Assembly (NCBI RefSeq): GCF_038025025.1
Contig: NW_027117339.1
Span: 806,001-870,000, forward strand
Reading direction: 5' to 3'
DNA length: 64,000 nt
From: Phyllosticta citribraziliensis
Lineage: Eukaryota
In this document: piece by piece, positions 28,049 to 40,905 of the stretch
Layout of the letters: each line of letters opens with the position of its first letter
Numbering within the stretch: the first letter of the stretch is position 1
Made by a program: the position numbers and the translations under genes
The notes under the pieces: model-generated
Databases searched by the model: none
What the model was told of the DNA's origin: nothing
The model's input: the letters and a program-made list of their open reading frames with translations, nothing else

Positions 28049-29448
28049 ATGAATAGCCTTCTTCTACAACGCGAGCTGGGCGATCTCGCGCCTCAAGCCT
28101 TCCAACGGCTCGAGACGACCCGCCTGCTCCACTCATTCGAGTCCACCAACATCAAATTCGATGGAACCTCGCGCGCTTCCGATGCCGAAAACGACGTAGT
28201 GGCCCACAGCGCCGGCGTCAACTCGATCGCAATCGATGGACATGCGGGGAACTAGTGAGCAGGAAGAGCACTTGATCTCAGCGCCAGACTGACCGCAGCC
28301 GAAGCCTTGTCTCTGGAGGGGCAGACTCTTCCATTTCTCTATGGAATCTCGAGGACCGCTGCGAATCCGGCAGCACCAGACTTGTCCCAAATGACACCCT
28401 GCGCAAGACCTCCAAAGCCCATCGCCTCGGAATCACCCATGTCTCGTGGCACAACAGTGAGCCCGGCGCCGTGCTGGCCTCCTCATATGACCACTCTCTC
28501 AAATTATACCATACCGAACCGCTGCGGTCCGTGACTACAATTGAGCTGGACCAGGTCGTATACTCGCACTCCATGTCTCCACTCGAACGCCAGAGACTTG
28601 TAGCCATTGCCTCGCATCAGCAAATGGTTCGTTTGGCAGACTTGAGGACTGGTTTCGCAATCCATGGCCTCCCCGGTCATACCGGCTCCGTGCTGTCGAC
28701 TGCGTGGAGCCCAAAACAAGAGCACATTCTGGCGAGTAGCGGCACTGATGGGACCGTACGTCTGTGGGATATTCGCCGTGCTTCTGGCTGTTTGGGAGTT
28801 CTTGACATGGACGACTCGCTGGGCGTTCTCGGCGAAGATGGGCTAGGCAGCGGCGCACGGCATAGGCACGTCGGACGCGCTCACTCCGAAGCTGCAAACG
28901 GGGTAGTCTGGAGCGAAGACGGGCGACACCTGGTGAGCACAGGACACGACGAGCGAGTGCGAGTCTGGGACGTGATCACCGGCGCCAACACTCTGGTCAA
29001 CTTTGGCCCAACAATCAAAAACCAGTCGGCGTCGCAGGTGCTGCCATTGATTTCGCCCGACATCTTCACGGCACCGGGGAAGCAATTGCTCTTCTACCCA
29101 AGTGACAAGGAAATTCTCATCTTTCAACTGTTTGACGGTAAGTTGCTGAGGCGACTGAAAACACCGCACATTAGCACTGGCACGGTCGGTGGCTCCAGCC
29201 GAGGACGCAATCTACAAAACAAGACCAAATCTCTGGCGTGGAGGCCTCACGAAGTGGAGCTCTACTCGGCTCACACAGACGGTACCATTCGCTTCTGGGC
29301 ACCACGCACGATCGAAGATGAATTGGTCAAGGAGGAGGAGCGCGAAGAGGCTGAGCACGAGGAGGCGGTTCGCAAACGGAAGAGGGATGCTTTGGAGGAG
29401 ATTTATCAGGACTTTACGAGCAAGCGGCATATGACTTATGTGGAATGA
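28049..29448 (+). CDS. WD40 DNA excision repair protein, CSA/ERCC8 (Rad28/Ckn1) homolog
   Basis: MNSLLLQRELG..AHSAGVNSIAID, one intron, VRLADLRTGFAIHGLPGHTGSVLSTAWSP, DGTVRLWDIRRA, and C-terminal KRKRDALEEIY. Confidence 0.85.
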
Positions 29449-29812
29449 TCAATTTGGACGTCGTTTGACAGTCACCTGTTTTTCTGCTGCCACTCCAGAC
29501 GTGATGATGAGCTCGGAAATGGCAAGGGACAACAGCAGTGACTGCGTCTCCAGCTCACGTCAGCAAAAGTTCTTCATTTTCAATACTCGGTGGACTCGAA
29601 AGAAGAGCCAAAGTGGACCTTCCTCGCAGTCAATCTCAAGTAAGGTAAGCTCAAACCAGATCACTTCGCCACAGGACAAACTTTCGAAACGAGTTTTTTG
29701 ATTCTATCTAACAAAGAGTTAAAGGGGGTATCAAGGTACATGCGTCATATGTTATCCAGTCCATAAATATCAATATCGAACAGATCATCTTCTTATGAGG
29801 AGTAGGCTTCTG

Positions 29813-31640
29813 TCAGGTCTCAGCAGGATCCCACCGTCCGGTCCTGAATCCGAATTGATCCGCGCGGTATCCCGGTGGATATTCGTCGTCCCCAAGGTTG
29901 GCAGCGAACTCTCTGGTGAGCTGGGCTATAACTTCTGCGTCGGAATTGGCCTCCGCAAAAACAGCTTCGAACGCGGGTAGTCTGGGAGCGTGTCGGTAGG
30001 CTCGATATTGAGAGTGGCAGCTCCAGTGTGAGTTCCTGAAACAGTTCCTTGGTGACGACCGCACACCACTGCAGTGGTGTCGAGAGGGCTGTCGCCTCCG
30101 TGCACTCTGTGAAATCGGCTCGGGGTCTTCGGAGGACGTGCTTGGAGGAGTCGGGAGGGCGTGGACAATCGATTGCGTGTGATTTTGCAGTGGCAAGTCG
30201 ACCTGCTCAAATCAATCATTAGTTTCTAAATCTCCCGTCTGGTTGAAGTTTTCGCATACCTCATTTTGAAGGGGTGGTGTTTGACGATACCCAGATCATT
30301 GAGGTGACTATGATCACTGCCGCGACGTTGAATCGCCGGCCGTCCTCTGACGCGGCGATATCATTGGACAGGTCCTCCCAGCGGATAAAGATCAGGCCAG
30401 GTAGCTCTACCTTGATGAAAGTCTTCAAATCCTGGCTTTGGGGGATCCAGGAGCTCGGACGCGGTTGCTCAGGAAGCGAGTCCTCAGGCTCAACCTTGAG
30501 AGAGGCATCTTCGGTAGCGTTCGGACGCGGTTGAGGTCCGATCCGGAGGTGAGGTACGGGTTGACAGAGAGCAGGCACTGTTTTATATCCTCAGGTGCCT
30601 CAGTCCTGTCCAAATAGGCAAGCATTCGGCGTCCTTGGACTTCCAGGATGCTTTCCCAATGATGAGTTTCTGGATCGTCCTGACCACGAGCACGCGCCTT
30701 TGCCCCTATAGTGGGATTCCAGAGCCCAGGCACCCACGTACTAGAGTCCCGGGGATCTTGGGGAGTAGGATCTTGGCGAAAGTCGCTTGTGGCAACTGTG
30801 GCCAGCCACAAGCCCACATCCTCATGCGTCGACGGCCAGTTGACGTTTTCCGGGTGAAACGTGTCGACATTCGACTCGAGGAGCGGAGAGGGCAGGCGGT
30901 TCAGGAGTCGGGACGTAGAAGTTCCGTCGCGCTTTGTTCTTGTAGCGCTTCCTGGGTGGCTTCTGGTCTTCGGACCCTTGGGAACGTCGGAGTCGCATCC
31001 ATCGGAGTCGGAGGGCGTTTGCTGCTGGACGGCAGCATGGGAGGCTCAAGCTACTTTGGCAGCTTCAGCTTGAGCCTCTCTCCTCCTCCTCCTCCTCCTC
31101 CTCCTCCTCTTTTTCTGCCTCTCCCCGAAGTGCCGCATTCTCCTGAGCCTCCGCCTGAATCTGAGCCTGCGCCTGCCTGGCTTCAGCCTCAGCTCTGCGT
31201 TGGGCCTCGAAATCCTGGAGCATTGCGTGTACAAGCTCCTAGGACTCGGCTCTTGCCTCTGCTTCCTCTCCTGGTCTCAAATTAGCAGAGTTCAAAGACA
31301 TCGCACAACGGAGACAAGACTCACCATTCCCCCAAAGGATAAAAGCAGCATCGAACCAGCCGCCCCCGACCCGTGTCCAACGGCAGGCCGTCCCGCAACT
31401 TTTTGAACAATGTGGAAGGAGGCGGCTGGTTGTTGATTGAAAGTGTCCCCAAAGCTCTTTTTATGGCCGTCTTGCTTTCTTGCCACGGGAGAACATCAAG
31501 GCAGGCCTGGCCCCCTACCTACAGTTCCACGTTGTCCGCATCGACAAGGGAGCAAATGAGTATTGAACCCACTAGGCGCTTGCGGCTCAAGGTAGTTCAC
31601 TTCCGTGCCCAATAGCATCGTCATGGCCGCGGACATGATC
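29813..31640 (-). pseudogene. Probable disrupted gene of unknown family
   Basis: Protein-like segments in shifting frames (ELVHAMLQDFEAQRRAEAE.., QKPPRKRYKNKARRNFY.., WIPQSQDLKTFIKVELPGLIFIRWEDL.., FEAVFAEANSDAEVIAQLTREF..). Canonical introns near 31270-31325 and 30203-30259, but in-frame TAG/TGA stops and frameshifts. Boundaries approximate. Confidence 0.45.
31081..31109. repeat. (TCC)n / (GAG)n trinucleotide microsatellite
   Basis: About 9 tandem TCC units, lying at a frameshift point of the relic gene. Confidence 0.8.
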
Positions 31641-33190
31641 CTGGGGGTCAATTTCAAGGAGCATGATTTATAGCTTCCGATTCCCTTCTTTGGTTACGTA
31701 CCTGTGTGATCGTCAATCTTGCTCCCGTTCAAGCGCACCGCCAGAGCAACGGACATAATTCCGTCTGTCGCGGTGGAGTCTCCTGTATCGGTGAAACAGC
31801 AGCCATTCTGGTGACACCCGTGTCCTTGGGTGCAAACAGTATTGACTGCAGGGGAGGGCGAGAATGAGGAGATGAGATTGGTGTTGAGAGGATGTGACTT
31901 GTCATTGTGGGTCACGGATGACTGGAGTCTCCGCCAGCAAAAAGCAATCACGGCAGGTGTCCTTGTCGTTTGTCTGTGCCTTGCGCGGCTATGTAGATAC
32001 GCGGAATCGTCGACCTCGGACGTGGTCGCTGCTTGCAGGCGATCAAAGACGAGTAAGACGACAGCATTCTGTGAAAAAACAGAGATTTAATTTGGTGGCC
32101 AACTTGAGCTGAAGGGGCTGCAAAGGGCAAACTATCTACCATCTCGATCATGTTGTTCAGATAATTACAGTTTTCGCATCAAGCCCACCCATCACCACGT
32201 AGGGTCTGTGGGTGGTGCATCAGTGCTTGACTCTATTGTATATATCATCATGTGAACATGAAACGAGAATTGAATCTGGCTCATTCGACCGAGCTCACCC
32301 AGCTACGAAGCTGAGTGACAGCGACCTGCAGACCCGTAAAAGAGGTGGAACTCCTCGCACCAAGAATAAGCCCCATCGAGTTACCCCTTCTCCGGAGAGA
32401 AAGAGGCAATCGCATGTCTGTCGACTCGACGAAAAGTACCCAACACTGCTGCTGGCAAACCAGCGACCTTGCGATGCCGCCGCGGTATCCCCACATCTCC
32501 CCGTCAACCAACACTCACTGTCAACCAGAGCCTTGCGCCACTCGGACTCGTATCATCGTCCAGAGTGAGTGACCTGGGGACACTGGCGGCCAGAGAGGTG
32601 ACAAACGGGTGCAGACGGTGCGAGGCGCGGAGGATGGCGAGGAGCAGCGAAAGGACCGCTTTGTTGCTTTTATGGCGGCGCGTTGACGCGAAGTCCCTCA
32701 CGAGGAGGGGTGTCCGGGGACTTTCTCCCAAAGCATTGTGTCGGAATGAGAGCACTGCGAGAGCGTCTCTGTGTGTGAGCTTCGACTGCGATTCTTTGGG
32801 CGAGGAGTTGGAGAGAAAAGGACGAGGCCGAAGCGACGCGCAGACCTAGGTAACAAAATTTACCGCCGGAGGGGGTCAATGTTTCGCCGACGCGCTGTGA
32901 TCGGCGTTGGACGTCCGGGTCTTGGCGTGAAGCTCCGGGACTTGCCTACTCAACTGCCTGCTCTGCCTAAGGTACCGTCCAGCATACTCTCTGCCTACCG
33001 CTACCTACGACGAGACGCGTTGAAAAGGCCTGCGCGGCCACGTTTGAGAGTCGACCTTCCACTCACCTCGGAATCAACGCGTTCCCTCACTATTACCGTC
33101 GCGTCACCGACCGCGACCCCGCCAATTTCTTTCCCTCGAGCTCCCGTCCATCGTCGTCACCAACTCGCCGCATAATTCCACCCCACCACC

Positions 33191-34398
33191 ATGGCGCTCT
33201 TCGGTTCAGCATCCACTGCATCCGCTTCGGCGAACCCAACCCAAGGCGACATCTCCAAGGATGTGCAAGTCAGCGCTGGTACTGGCGGGCCCTCGGACTC
33301 GATCAGCCAAGTCGCCTTTTCCCCAGCAGCAGACATTCTCGCGGCCTCTTCTTGGGATGGCGGTGTTTACACCTGGCAGATCAACGCGCAGGGTCAGAGT
33401 GTCGCAGGTCCCGCCTTGAAATTTGATGCTCCAGCTCTTGCTTGTACCTGGATGCCGGTAAGTTGCAAGTCCTGGCGCATACACATATCTCTCTTGGTGC
33501 TTGTCTAACAGCGCAACAGGATGGCTCAAGCGTAATCGGTGCCGCTTGCGACAAAACCGCAAAGAGACTGGACCTCGGATCGAGCCAGACTGTCCAAGTT
33601 GCCGCGCACGACCAGCCCATCAAATGCGCCAAAATGGCCAATGTCAATGGCACCCCGATTCTCGTCACCGGCTCTTGGGACAAGACGATCAAGTACTGGG
33701 ACCTGAGGGCGAGCAACAGTACCCCAGCAGGATCCGTCACTTGTCAAGAACGTGTCTACACCATGGACGTGAGGGACAAGCTCTTGGTTGTTGGAACCGC
33801 AGACCGCTACATCGACATTATCAGCCTCGACAACCCCAATCAATTCTACAAGACGATGCAGAGCCCACTCAAGTGGCAGACCCGTGTTGTTAGTTGCTTC
33901 ACGGATGCGTCTGGTTTTGCCGTCGGTAGCATCGAGGGTAGATGCGCCATCAACTATGTTGAGGAGAAGGACACCTCGTAAGTCTCGCCGAACATGCGAT
34001 GCACATTGACGCGCTGCTAATCATCCTGTAGGTCCAACTTCTCCTTCAAGTGCCACCGTGTAACCGAGAGCACCTCCCGCGACATCTGCAAGGTCTACTC
34101 GGTCAACGACATTTCGTTCCACCCGGTCCACGGCACATTCAGCACCGCTGGATCCGACGGCACCTTCCACTTTTGGGACAAGGACGCCAAGCACCGTCTC
34201 AAAGGCTACCCGGAAGTCGGCGGCCCCATCACGTCGACGGCGTTCAACAGCAGCGGGAGCATTTTCGCGTACGCCATCTCGTACGACTGGAGCAAGGGCT
34301 ACGCGCACAACAACCAGAACATTTCGCAAAAGATCATGCTCCACCCGGTCCAACCAGATGAATGCAAACCTCGCGCCGGCGGCAAGAACAAGAGATAG
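33191..34398 (+). CDS. RAE1: Poly(A)+ RNA export WD40 nucleoporin Gle2/Rae1
   Basis: ILVTGSWDKTIKYWDLR, SPLKWQTRVVSCF, GSIEGRCAI, NFSFKCHR, FWDKDAKHRLKGYP and YDWSKG. Two introns. Confidence 0.95.
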
Positions 34399-35678
34399 GC
34401 AACGCAAGTGAAGAACGACCAAGGCGTGACGGCCTTGCCGAGCTACACGTAGGCAGCCAGACGGGAGGGAGCTCTTTTCTGGACTGACCTCTTTTTTCTT
34501 TTTCAACCCCTTTCTCCTCCTACTAGCAAGTGGCGGCCCGCCCCGTTGGATCGAGTCACGCAGTGGGGAGGGCCATTGGGGATTTCGATTGTGTGGAATA
34601 TACTCTCAGCGCGCTGCTGCATTACCGGTGTTCGAGGAGTCAGTCGGACGGAAACGGGACAAATGCTGGAATTTTCTTCTTATTGACGTAGGGGGAATCG
34701 AAAAAAGTTGGACGCGGCGGAATCATGATGGATCATGGGTTGGCTGAAAAACGTGCCCATGTAGGGAGGGCGGACTGCGGAGGCCTGCAGGCCAAAGCAA
34801 GGCTAGGCACATGTACAACTCGTCTTGTGCTTGGGTTTCAGCAACAGTAGGATGGGAGAAGAGTGACGCGCTACCTGATTTAGGTACTTGTCTGCCGAGT
34901 AATCTACACTGATCCACCACACCCTGACAGATTAGAATGCGTCACGGACATCGCTGCTTGCTCTTGTCAACAACATACAACATGACACATGGAAAAGAAG
35001 ATGAAGCACGTCGACCAACGACACTACCGCATCTACCATCACCTACAAGCGCTACGGGCGGTATCTCAAGCTAACCGCTTCAGAAAAGCCAAACTATCAG
35101 TATATGTGTCGAAAGAGTGGCCGCTTCTCCAAGAGAACTTAGGGGATACAAGGGGGTTGGGCCTTTGGTGTGATGGTTGCTGTGGTTCTCGTGGATTATA
35201 TTCTGGTGTTCCTGGTAATCCATGTACTCGGCTGGCCAGGCAAACAGTGCATCGGTTCAATCCTCGCCGTTCTCTTTTGCCTCTTTTTGGCTTTTTGTTT
35301 CTTTTTGCGTCGTTTCTGCCGTTGGTACATGCCACGCGGAATAGTGGGGTGCGTGAATTGGGTGTGTGGCTTTGACACTTGGAAAGTTCGTGGAGGGCGG
35401 TTGCGTGCGTCTACGGTTGTTGTTGTTGTTTGGTTTTGCTACGTAAATCGGAGGAAGATGCGTCCCCTTCTCTTTTCTTTGGCCTCACGTCCGCTGGCCA
35501 TGCTCGTTTATCGCCGTTGAACACCTCCGCCCTCCTCCATCCTCTCCTCCACACGGCGCACACTCTCCCTTGCCCTCCCCTTACCATCCTCGCTCAATCC
35601 CCCCAGACCCCACCAACACCTTTCCCTCGTCCTCCTTTCTGCCGTGCCGCGACCCATATCCCCTGTTTTAACACCCAG

Positions 35679-36907
35679 CTAGACATCACACAGCAAGTCA
35701 AACATGGGAAACTGCGGATCCGGCCCCAAATTAATCAGCTGCGTGCCCGTAGGCCCCGCACCAGGCGGCGGCGGCGGCAACGGCATCATTCCCATCCCCG
35801 GCGGTCCCGGTGGCTGCTGCCCTGGCATCGGCAACGGCGGCGCAGGCGGCGGCGGAGGTCTGTTGCCATCGGGAGGCGGCGGAGGCGGAGGCGGAGGCAC
35901 ACCGGCGACCGTCATGGTTGCGCCGTTGCTCGTCACGAGCGACAGGGTGCTCGACGTCGTCGTGGCGTTGACGGTCGGTGCGGCGGACAGCGATGTGCTG
36001 GTCGATGTGGTGCTGGTCGTGCTGGTTTGGTCCGGAAAGGCGGTGACGCTGGCGGATTTGGATTGGAAAGACAGACAGCGCGTGCGCTGCGCTTCGCACT
36101 TGTCGATTGTCAGTTCGACCTTTTGCGGGTCGTCGCCGGGGGGTTTGGGTTGGGTCTGGGTTCCAGTCCGGTTGTTGTTGTTGTTGGGATTGTTGGCGTC
36201 GTTGGTGTTGGCGTTTTGGTTGCTTTGCGGGTCGGGCTGTGGGTTGCTGTTGGCTTTGGTGGTGCAGTCGTTGGCTTGTACTTCGCAGGTGCGCTCGGCG
36301 GCTTCGATGAAGGTTGGCTGTTTTGCGGTTAGTTACCTTAGTTTTGTAAAAAGGGAGTTCGTTGTCAGGTCGTTATTGGGTAAGTGAACGAAACGGACAT
36401 CGAGATAGAACATCCGATACTTCCACACAAGATGAAAAGATCAGAAGAGAATCAACTTACGAAAGTATTTCCATCCGCCTTGTACCGCCTCTGCGCATCA
36501 TTACTCTCCGTAATCGGCCCCGCGGCGATGCCTCCCAACGCCTCGGTGAAGCTCTGCAAGTTCTGATTACCAACTACGGCATCGAGAATGGCAGGATCGG
36601 GAGGCCCATCAGGACGAGGTGGTGGTGGCGGTCCTGGCGGAGGCCCATGATCATCCTCACCAGGACCTGGACCTGGAGGGTGCGGGTGATCATCATCGCC
36701 TGGAGGAGGAGGCGGCCCTCCTGGTGGGTCATCCAGTCTGGGCCAAAGGAGATGGTTCAGTGTACGTGGATTCAGTGGATGCAGGGCGGCGTCAACTAGG
36801 TCTTTGATGTTGTTGTTGCTGCTGCCTGTAGCGGCGACGCATGCCGGCGACGGAATTGTTGCTAGTAGCAAGAGTAACAGAGACGGCAGAGATTCAGGGG
36901 GCCGCAT
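35679..36907 (-). CDS. Secreted Pro/His/Thr-rich protein (about 361 aa) with a 4-Cys fungal extracellular domain
   Basis: Signal peptide; intron 36460-36318. Core NLQSFTEALGGIAAGPITESNDAQRRYKADGNTF|PTFIEAAERTCEVQANDC...CEAQRTRC, then a Thr-rich stalk, polyproline tail and FDLLCDV*. Confidence 0.75.
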
Positions 36908-37827
36908 GTTGCTGGTTCATCTCAGTCCTGTCGACTACTTCTCATGATACTGTGATTCCTTCCTGTGCCCGAATAGCTTAATGCAGGCGAAGTGTCGGTT
37001 TGCTTTTTCGCCCCGATGTACTGGTACGATGAGAGAAGCAGGGTCCTGCAGGTCCGGGGTCAAGCTTCAGCGAAACAAGGTTGGGCGGGAGCGCTAGGAT
37101 GGCTCGTTGGGTCAGGCCGGTCGGCACTTCGATGTGGACAGTTTACACGCTTACCCGTTGGTGAGAGGAACGAGAGAAAGCAACGGTGTCGACTGCTGCT
37201 GACAGGAAAGGTGAGATGGAGTTTGTCGATGCTCGAGCGTGCAAGAAGTAGGGCGGTTGATCGAGGCGTCGCAGACGCTGTGCGGGACGCGGCTGAAACA
37301 GACTTTTGGCTGCTCAGCCGCGCGAGCATTGTCCTGCTTCGCCTTGAACCGCGCGAATGAGACAAATGTGATGCGTAAAAGGACAGGACGAGCTAGGCGC
37401 GGCACGTAGTTTCAACGTTGGGGCTGACGGGGTTTATACAGTAGAAATATACAAATTCTGATGCTGTAGTGGAATCCCATGCTCCAATTTTGTCCTGACG
37501 ACTGAACAAAGATCCTCCTGGCCAAGCCAGTCCAAAGAGACAAGAAAAGGGTATTCGAAATCCAAACCGACCTCAAACGCGGCAGGGTCCAAATGCCCAT
37601 TGAGCCATGCAATCCAAAGCACAGATGCTCAAATCATATGCACCAATCGTAAAATGAAACCGACCAGCGACCATTCAGAGGGCCAGGAAGGCATTATTAG
37701 TCGTTGCGCTGCAGTAGAGCGCATAAAGAAGGCAAAAACACCGACCGACTCCGCGAAAATGCTCGACGCTCCGGCGCAATCATGATGCTCGTGATGATCA
37801 AAAAGACGACGACGATGCCGGGAAAAC

Positions 37828-38727
37828 TCAAAAGTTTGCGGCGGCGTTGACCCGTCCGTTGGAGGTGTGGTGCGACTCGAGGTTGCGGGAGAACATGTCG
37901 TTGCCGCCTTGGCTATAGCGCTTCTCGGTGTTGAGCGGCTGATGTGCGTTGCCGCCGACGAGATCGTCGTCTTCCTCGGGAACGTTCTTCTTGCGGCCCC
38001 AGATTCTCCACGCAACGACGGCAAGGCCACCGACGACGATGGCACCACCAATGCCACCAACGACACCGGCGATAATCTTCTTGGTGTTGCTGCTCATGCC
38101 GGAGCTGCCAGAGCTTTCGCCATTGTTCAAGCTCGGGGTCTGCGTGTACGTGGCGAAGCCGGTGGTCGTCACTTGGACACGGCTGCCCGTGCTCACCATG
38201 CTCGTGGTCACGCCGTTGGTTACCGTGACGACAGTGGTGGTGTATGGCGCAGTGGTGCTTGCAACCAAGGCCGAGGTGACGGTAGTCCTGGAAGTGTTGG
38301 AAGTGGAAGTGCGTGTTGACGACGTTTGGGAACCCGAGGCGGACTGGCCCGAAGTGTTTTGGGTGGTCTGGCCTTCACTAGTCTGGGCCGTAGTGGTAGG
38401 TGCGGCATTTTCCGTGGTGGTTGTGGCCGCGGTGTTTTGCTGGGTGGTGGTGGTGGTCGGGGCTTGGGAGGTTTGCTGGGTGGTAGTAGTCGGGCGAGCA
38501 GATGTCGACGACGTGGGCTGCTGCGAGGTCGAAGATGGTGATGTTGCGGTGGTGGTGGCAGCCGTGGCCGAGGAAGCCTGAGGGGTCGAGGGCGAGTTTT
38601 GGCGACGGATGATGGGCATTTCCTGTGCTGGAAGGTCCTCCTCGCCGTCGACAGGGTAAGGATAGTTGGCCGAAACGACGGCGAAGAGGAAAAAGAGGGC
38701 CAGGAAGAGGGACGAAAGGCTCTTCAT
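37828..38727 (-). CDS. Mid2-like type I membrane cell-wall sensor / mucin
   Basis: Signal peptide MKSLSSLFLALFFLFAVVSA, Ser/Thr-rich ectodomain, and TM IIAGVVGGIGGAIVVGGLAVVAW followed by RIWGRKK. Confidence 0.85.
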   Translation of the reverse strand: MKSLSSLFLALFFLFAVVSANYPYPVDGEEDLPAQEMPIIRRQNSPSTPQASSATAATTTATSPSSTSQQPTSSTSARPTTTTQQTSQAPTTTTTQQNTAATTTTENAAPTTTAQTSEGQTTQNTSGQSASGSQTSSTRTSTSNTSRTTVTSALVASTTAPYTTTVVTVTNGVTTSMVSTGSRVQVTTTGFATYTQTPSLNNGESSGSSGMSSNTKKIIAGVVGGIGGAIVVGGLAVVAWRIWGRKKNVPEEDDDLVGGNAHQPLNTEKRYSQGGNDMFSRNLESHHTSNGRVNAAANF

Positions 38728-39358
38728 GGTGACGGTGTTGAGAGATGGAGCGGGGAGAGCGAGAGGAGGAGGAGGACGAGAGCAGACAGGGAGGTTGCTT
38801 TGTATTGGAGAAAGGGACTTGTGGGATTGTGGCTGCTGGAGGCGCAAGACGGGAGCCCTGATTCCGCGGCACACGGGTGGCAGGGAGCAGCGATGTACGG
38901 GAGGGCGAGACAGTAAGGTAAAGGTAGCGAGCGGACAAGCTCTGACGGGAGAGCGGGAAGCTGGAACGAGCGAGGTGGTGAGAACAAGAGAAGAGAAGAG
39001 AAGAGAAGAGCAGAGCAGAAGATGGTCGAAGGGAAGAAGACTTTCAGATGACAGCGGCAGTCGCTCGGATGCGACGCCATGCAGCGCTATGCTATGCTAT
39101 GCTATGCCTGGCCTGGCTTGTGCAGTGCGTGTTAAAGATAGCCTGCCTGCCTGCCTGCCTGGGTGGGCTGTCCGCCAAGCGCCCCGGCCAAGGCTCACTG
39201 TTGCATCGGACCAAGTCTCCCGTCCCGTTCTGCGCCGCACGTCATTGCAAATTCTATCCTCTTTACTCGCTGCAGCTTTTCATCCGCTACTCGTGTGCTT
39301 CGCATCGCATCGCGTGCTGCTCAAGCCCTCGCTGCCTTGCTGGACCCGCGACGACGCC

Positions 39359-40396
39359 ATGTCTGCCCTCCAGGTCCCTCTCACCCTCTCAGAGGCTCTG
39401 AGCGGCATCACCGGCTCCATCTCTTTGGCTGCCTGGATATTTCTGCTGGTACGTAACCCCATGCCCATCTCGGCAGCTGATCGCCCGTCTACTGCGACCT
39501 CTGACACTCGACCACACAGGTCCCGCAGCTTGTCGAAAACTATAAACAAGCCTCTGCCGACGGCATCTCGCTGACCTTCCTCGCCGTCTGGTTCATTGGC
39601 GACATCACCAACCTCGCCGGCGCCCTCTGGGCCCAGCTCGTCCCTACCGTCATCGCCCTCGCCATCTACTTTTGCTTTGCCGACCTGATTCTCATCTCGC
39701 AATGCGTCTACTACAACTTTCGCAACGCCCGCCGCCAGTCCAAGCACTCCGAGGCCGCTGTCGAGCCCGCACAGCAGCCGCTGCTCGGCCGCCGTGACAG
39801 CGAAAACCTCGGCCTTCCCGGCTCTCGTCGCCGCTCCAGCACGGCCTCCCGAAGGCACCGCGACGGCCTGGACCGCCCTGATGGCCCCTCGGACCACGAC
39901 GAACCCGCCGCCTCCGAGTGGAAGAAGAACACGCTCAGCATCTTGGCCATTTGCCTCGCGGGAGCTGCTGGTTGGGCCGTGGCCTGGGCCACGGGCGTCT
40001 GGAGGCCAGTTCCGCTAGACCAGGACGCTAGCAGCGGCGAAATGGCCCTTGGTGCTCAAATTCTCGGCTACATCAGCGCCGTCTGCTACCTCGGCGCCAG
40101 ACTGCCCCAGATTTACAAGAATTGGCGCGAAAAGTCTTGCGAGGGCTTGTCGCTCCTCTTCTTCCTGCTCTCTTTGTTGGGCAACTTGACCTATGGCATG
40201 GGTGTAAGGCTTGTTCGTCGGTGCGCCCTCTTTATCTCGCTGACCGCCACAGATTCTCTTTCACTCGGTCGAAAAGGAATACTTTTTGAAAAACCTGCCA
40301 TGGCTCATTGGATCGCTTGGAACCATGGTCGAAGATGTCGCCATCTTCTTCCAGTTCCGCATCTATGGCGACAAGTCAAAGTCGGCTGCCGTGTAA
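39359..40396 (+). CDS. PQ-loop vacuolar basic amino-acid transporter (Ypq family)
   Basis: Two PQ motifs (LL|VPQLVENY..SADGISL and ARLPQIYKNWREKSCEGLSLLFF) and NLPWLIGSLGT. Two introns. Confidence 0.9.
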
Positions 40397-40905
40397 ACAA
40401 AGAATTTCTTCGCCCTGTACAAAAGGGAATCTTTACTAGACTCGACAAGGTAAGACGGCGGAGCGGCAACGCCCGCACACATGGCATGATACCCGGTCGG
40501 CGGTGCGCGTCAATGGCTCGTGTTAATGGCAAACGAAGGCTGGAATGTTATGAATACTGTAAAGTGATACGACCTGTTAATCCTGTACACTGTTCTTGGC
40601 AACCTGTTGATCATCGTTCTGTTCCTATTCTAGTGTCGTCTCAACCAAGCCTCGTGGGGATCAATGCTAATCAGTATCCCGAATTCCGGAACTCTGCTGC
40701 CATGAAAAGAATGTTCCCCCGCCGCAAAACGACTGCGTGGATTTCTGGCTAGTCTGTTCCGGGTCTCGAACGAGCAAGAGCCGGCACATGGTCCCAAGTC
40801 TCGTGCCAGCTAACCGACAAAGTCCTCAAATCATGGTCAAGGCGCGTCTCGGCTGGAGCGGCAACCATCGGCGTCGCCCTGTCTCAAAGTCCTTCGTTCA
40901 CAGAC

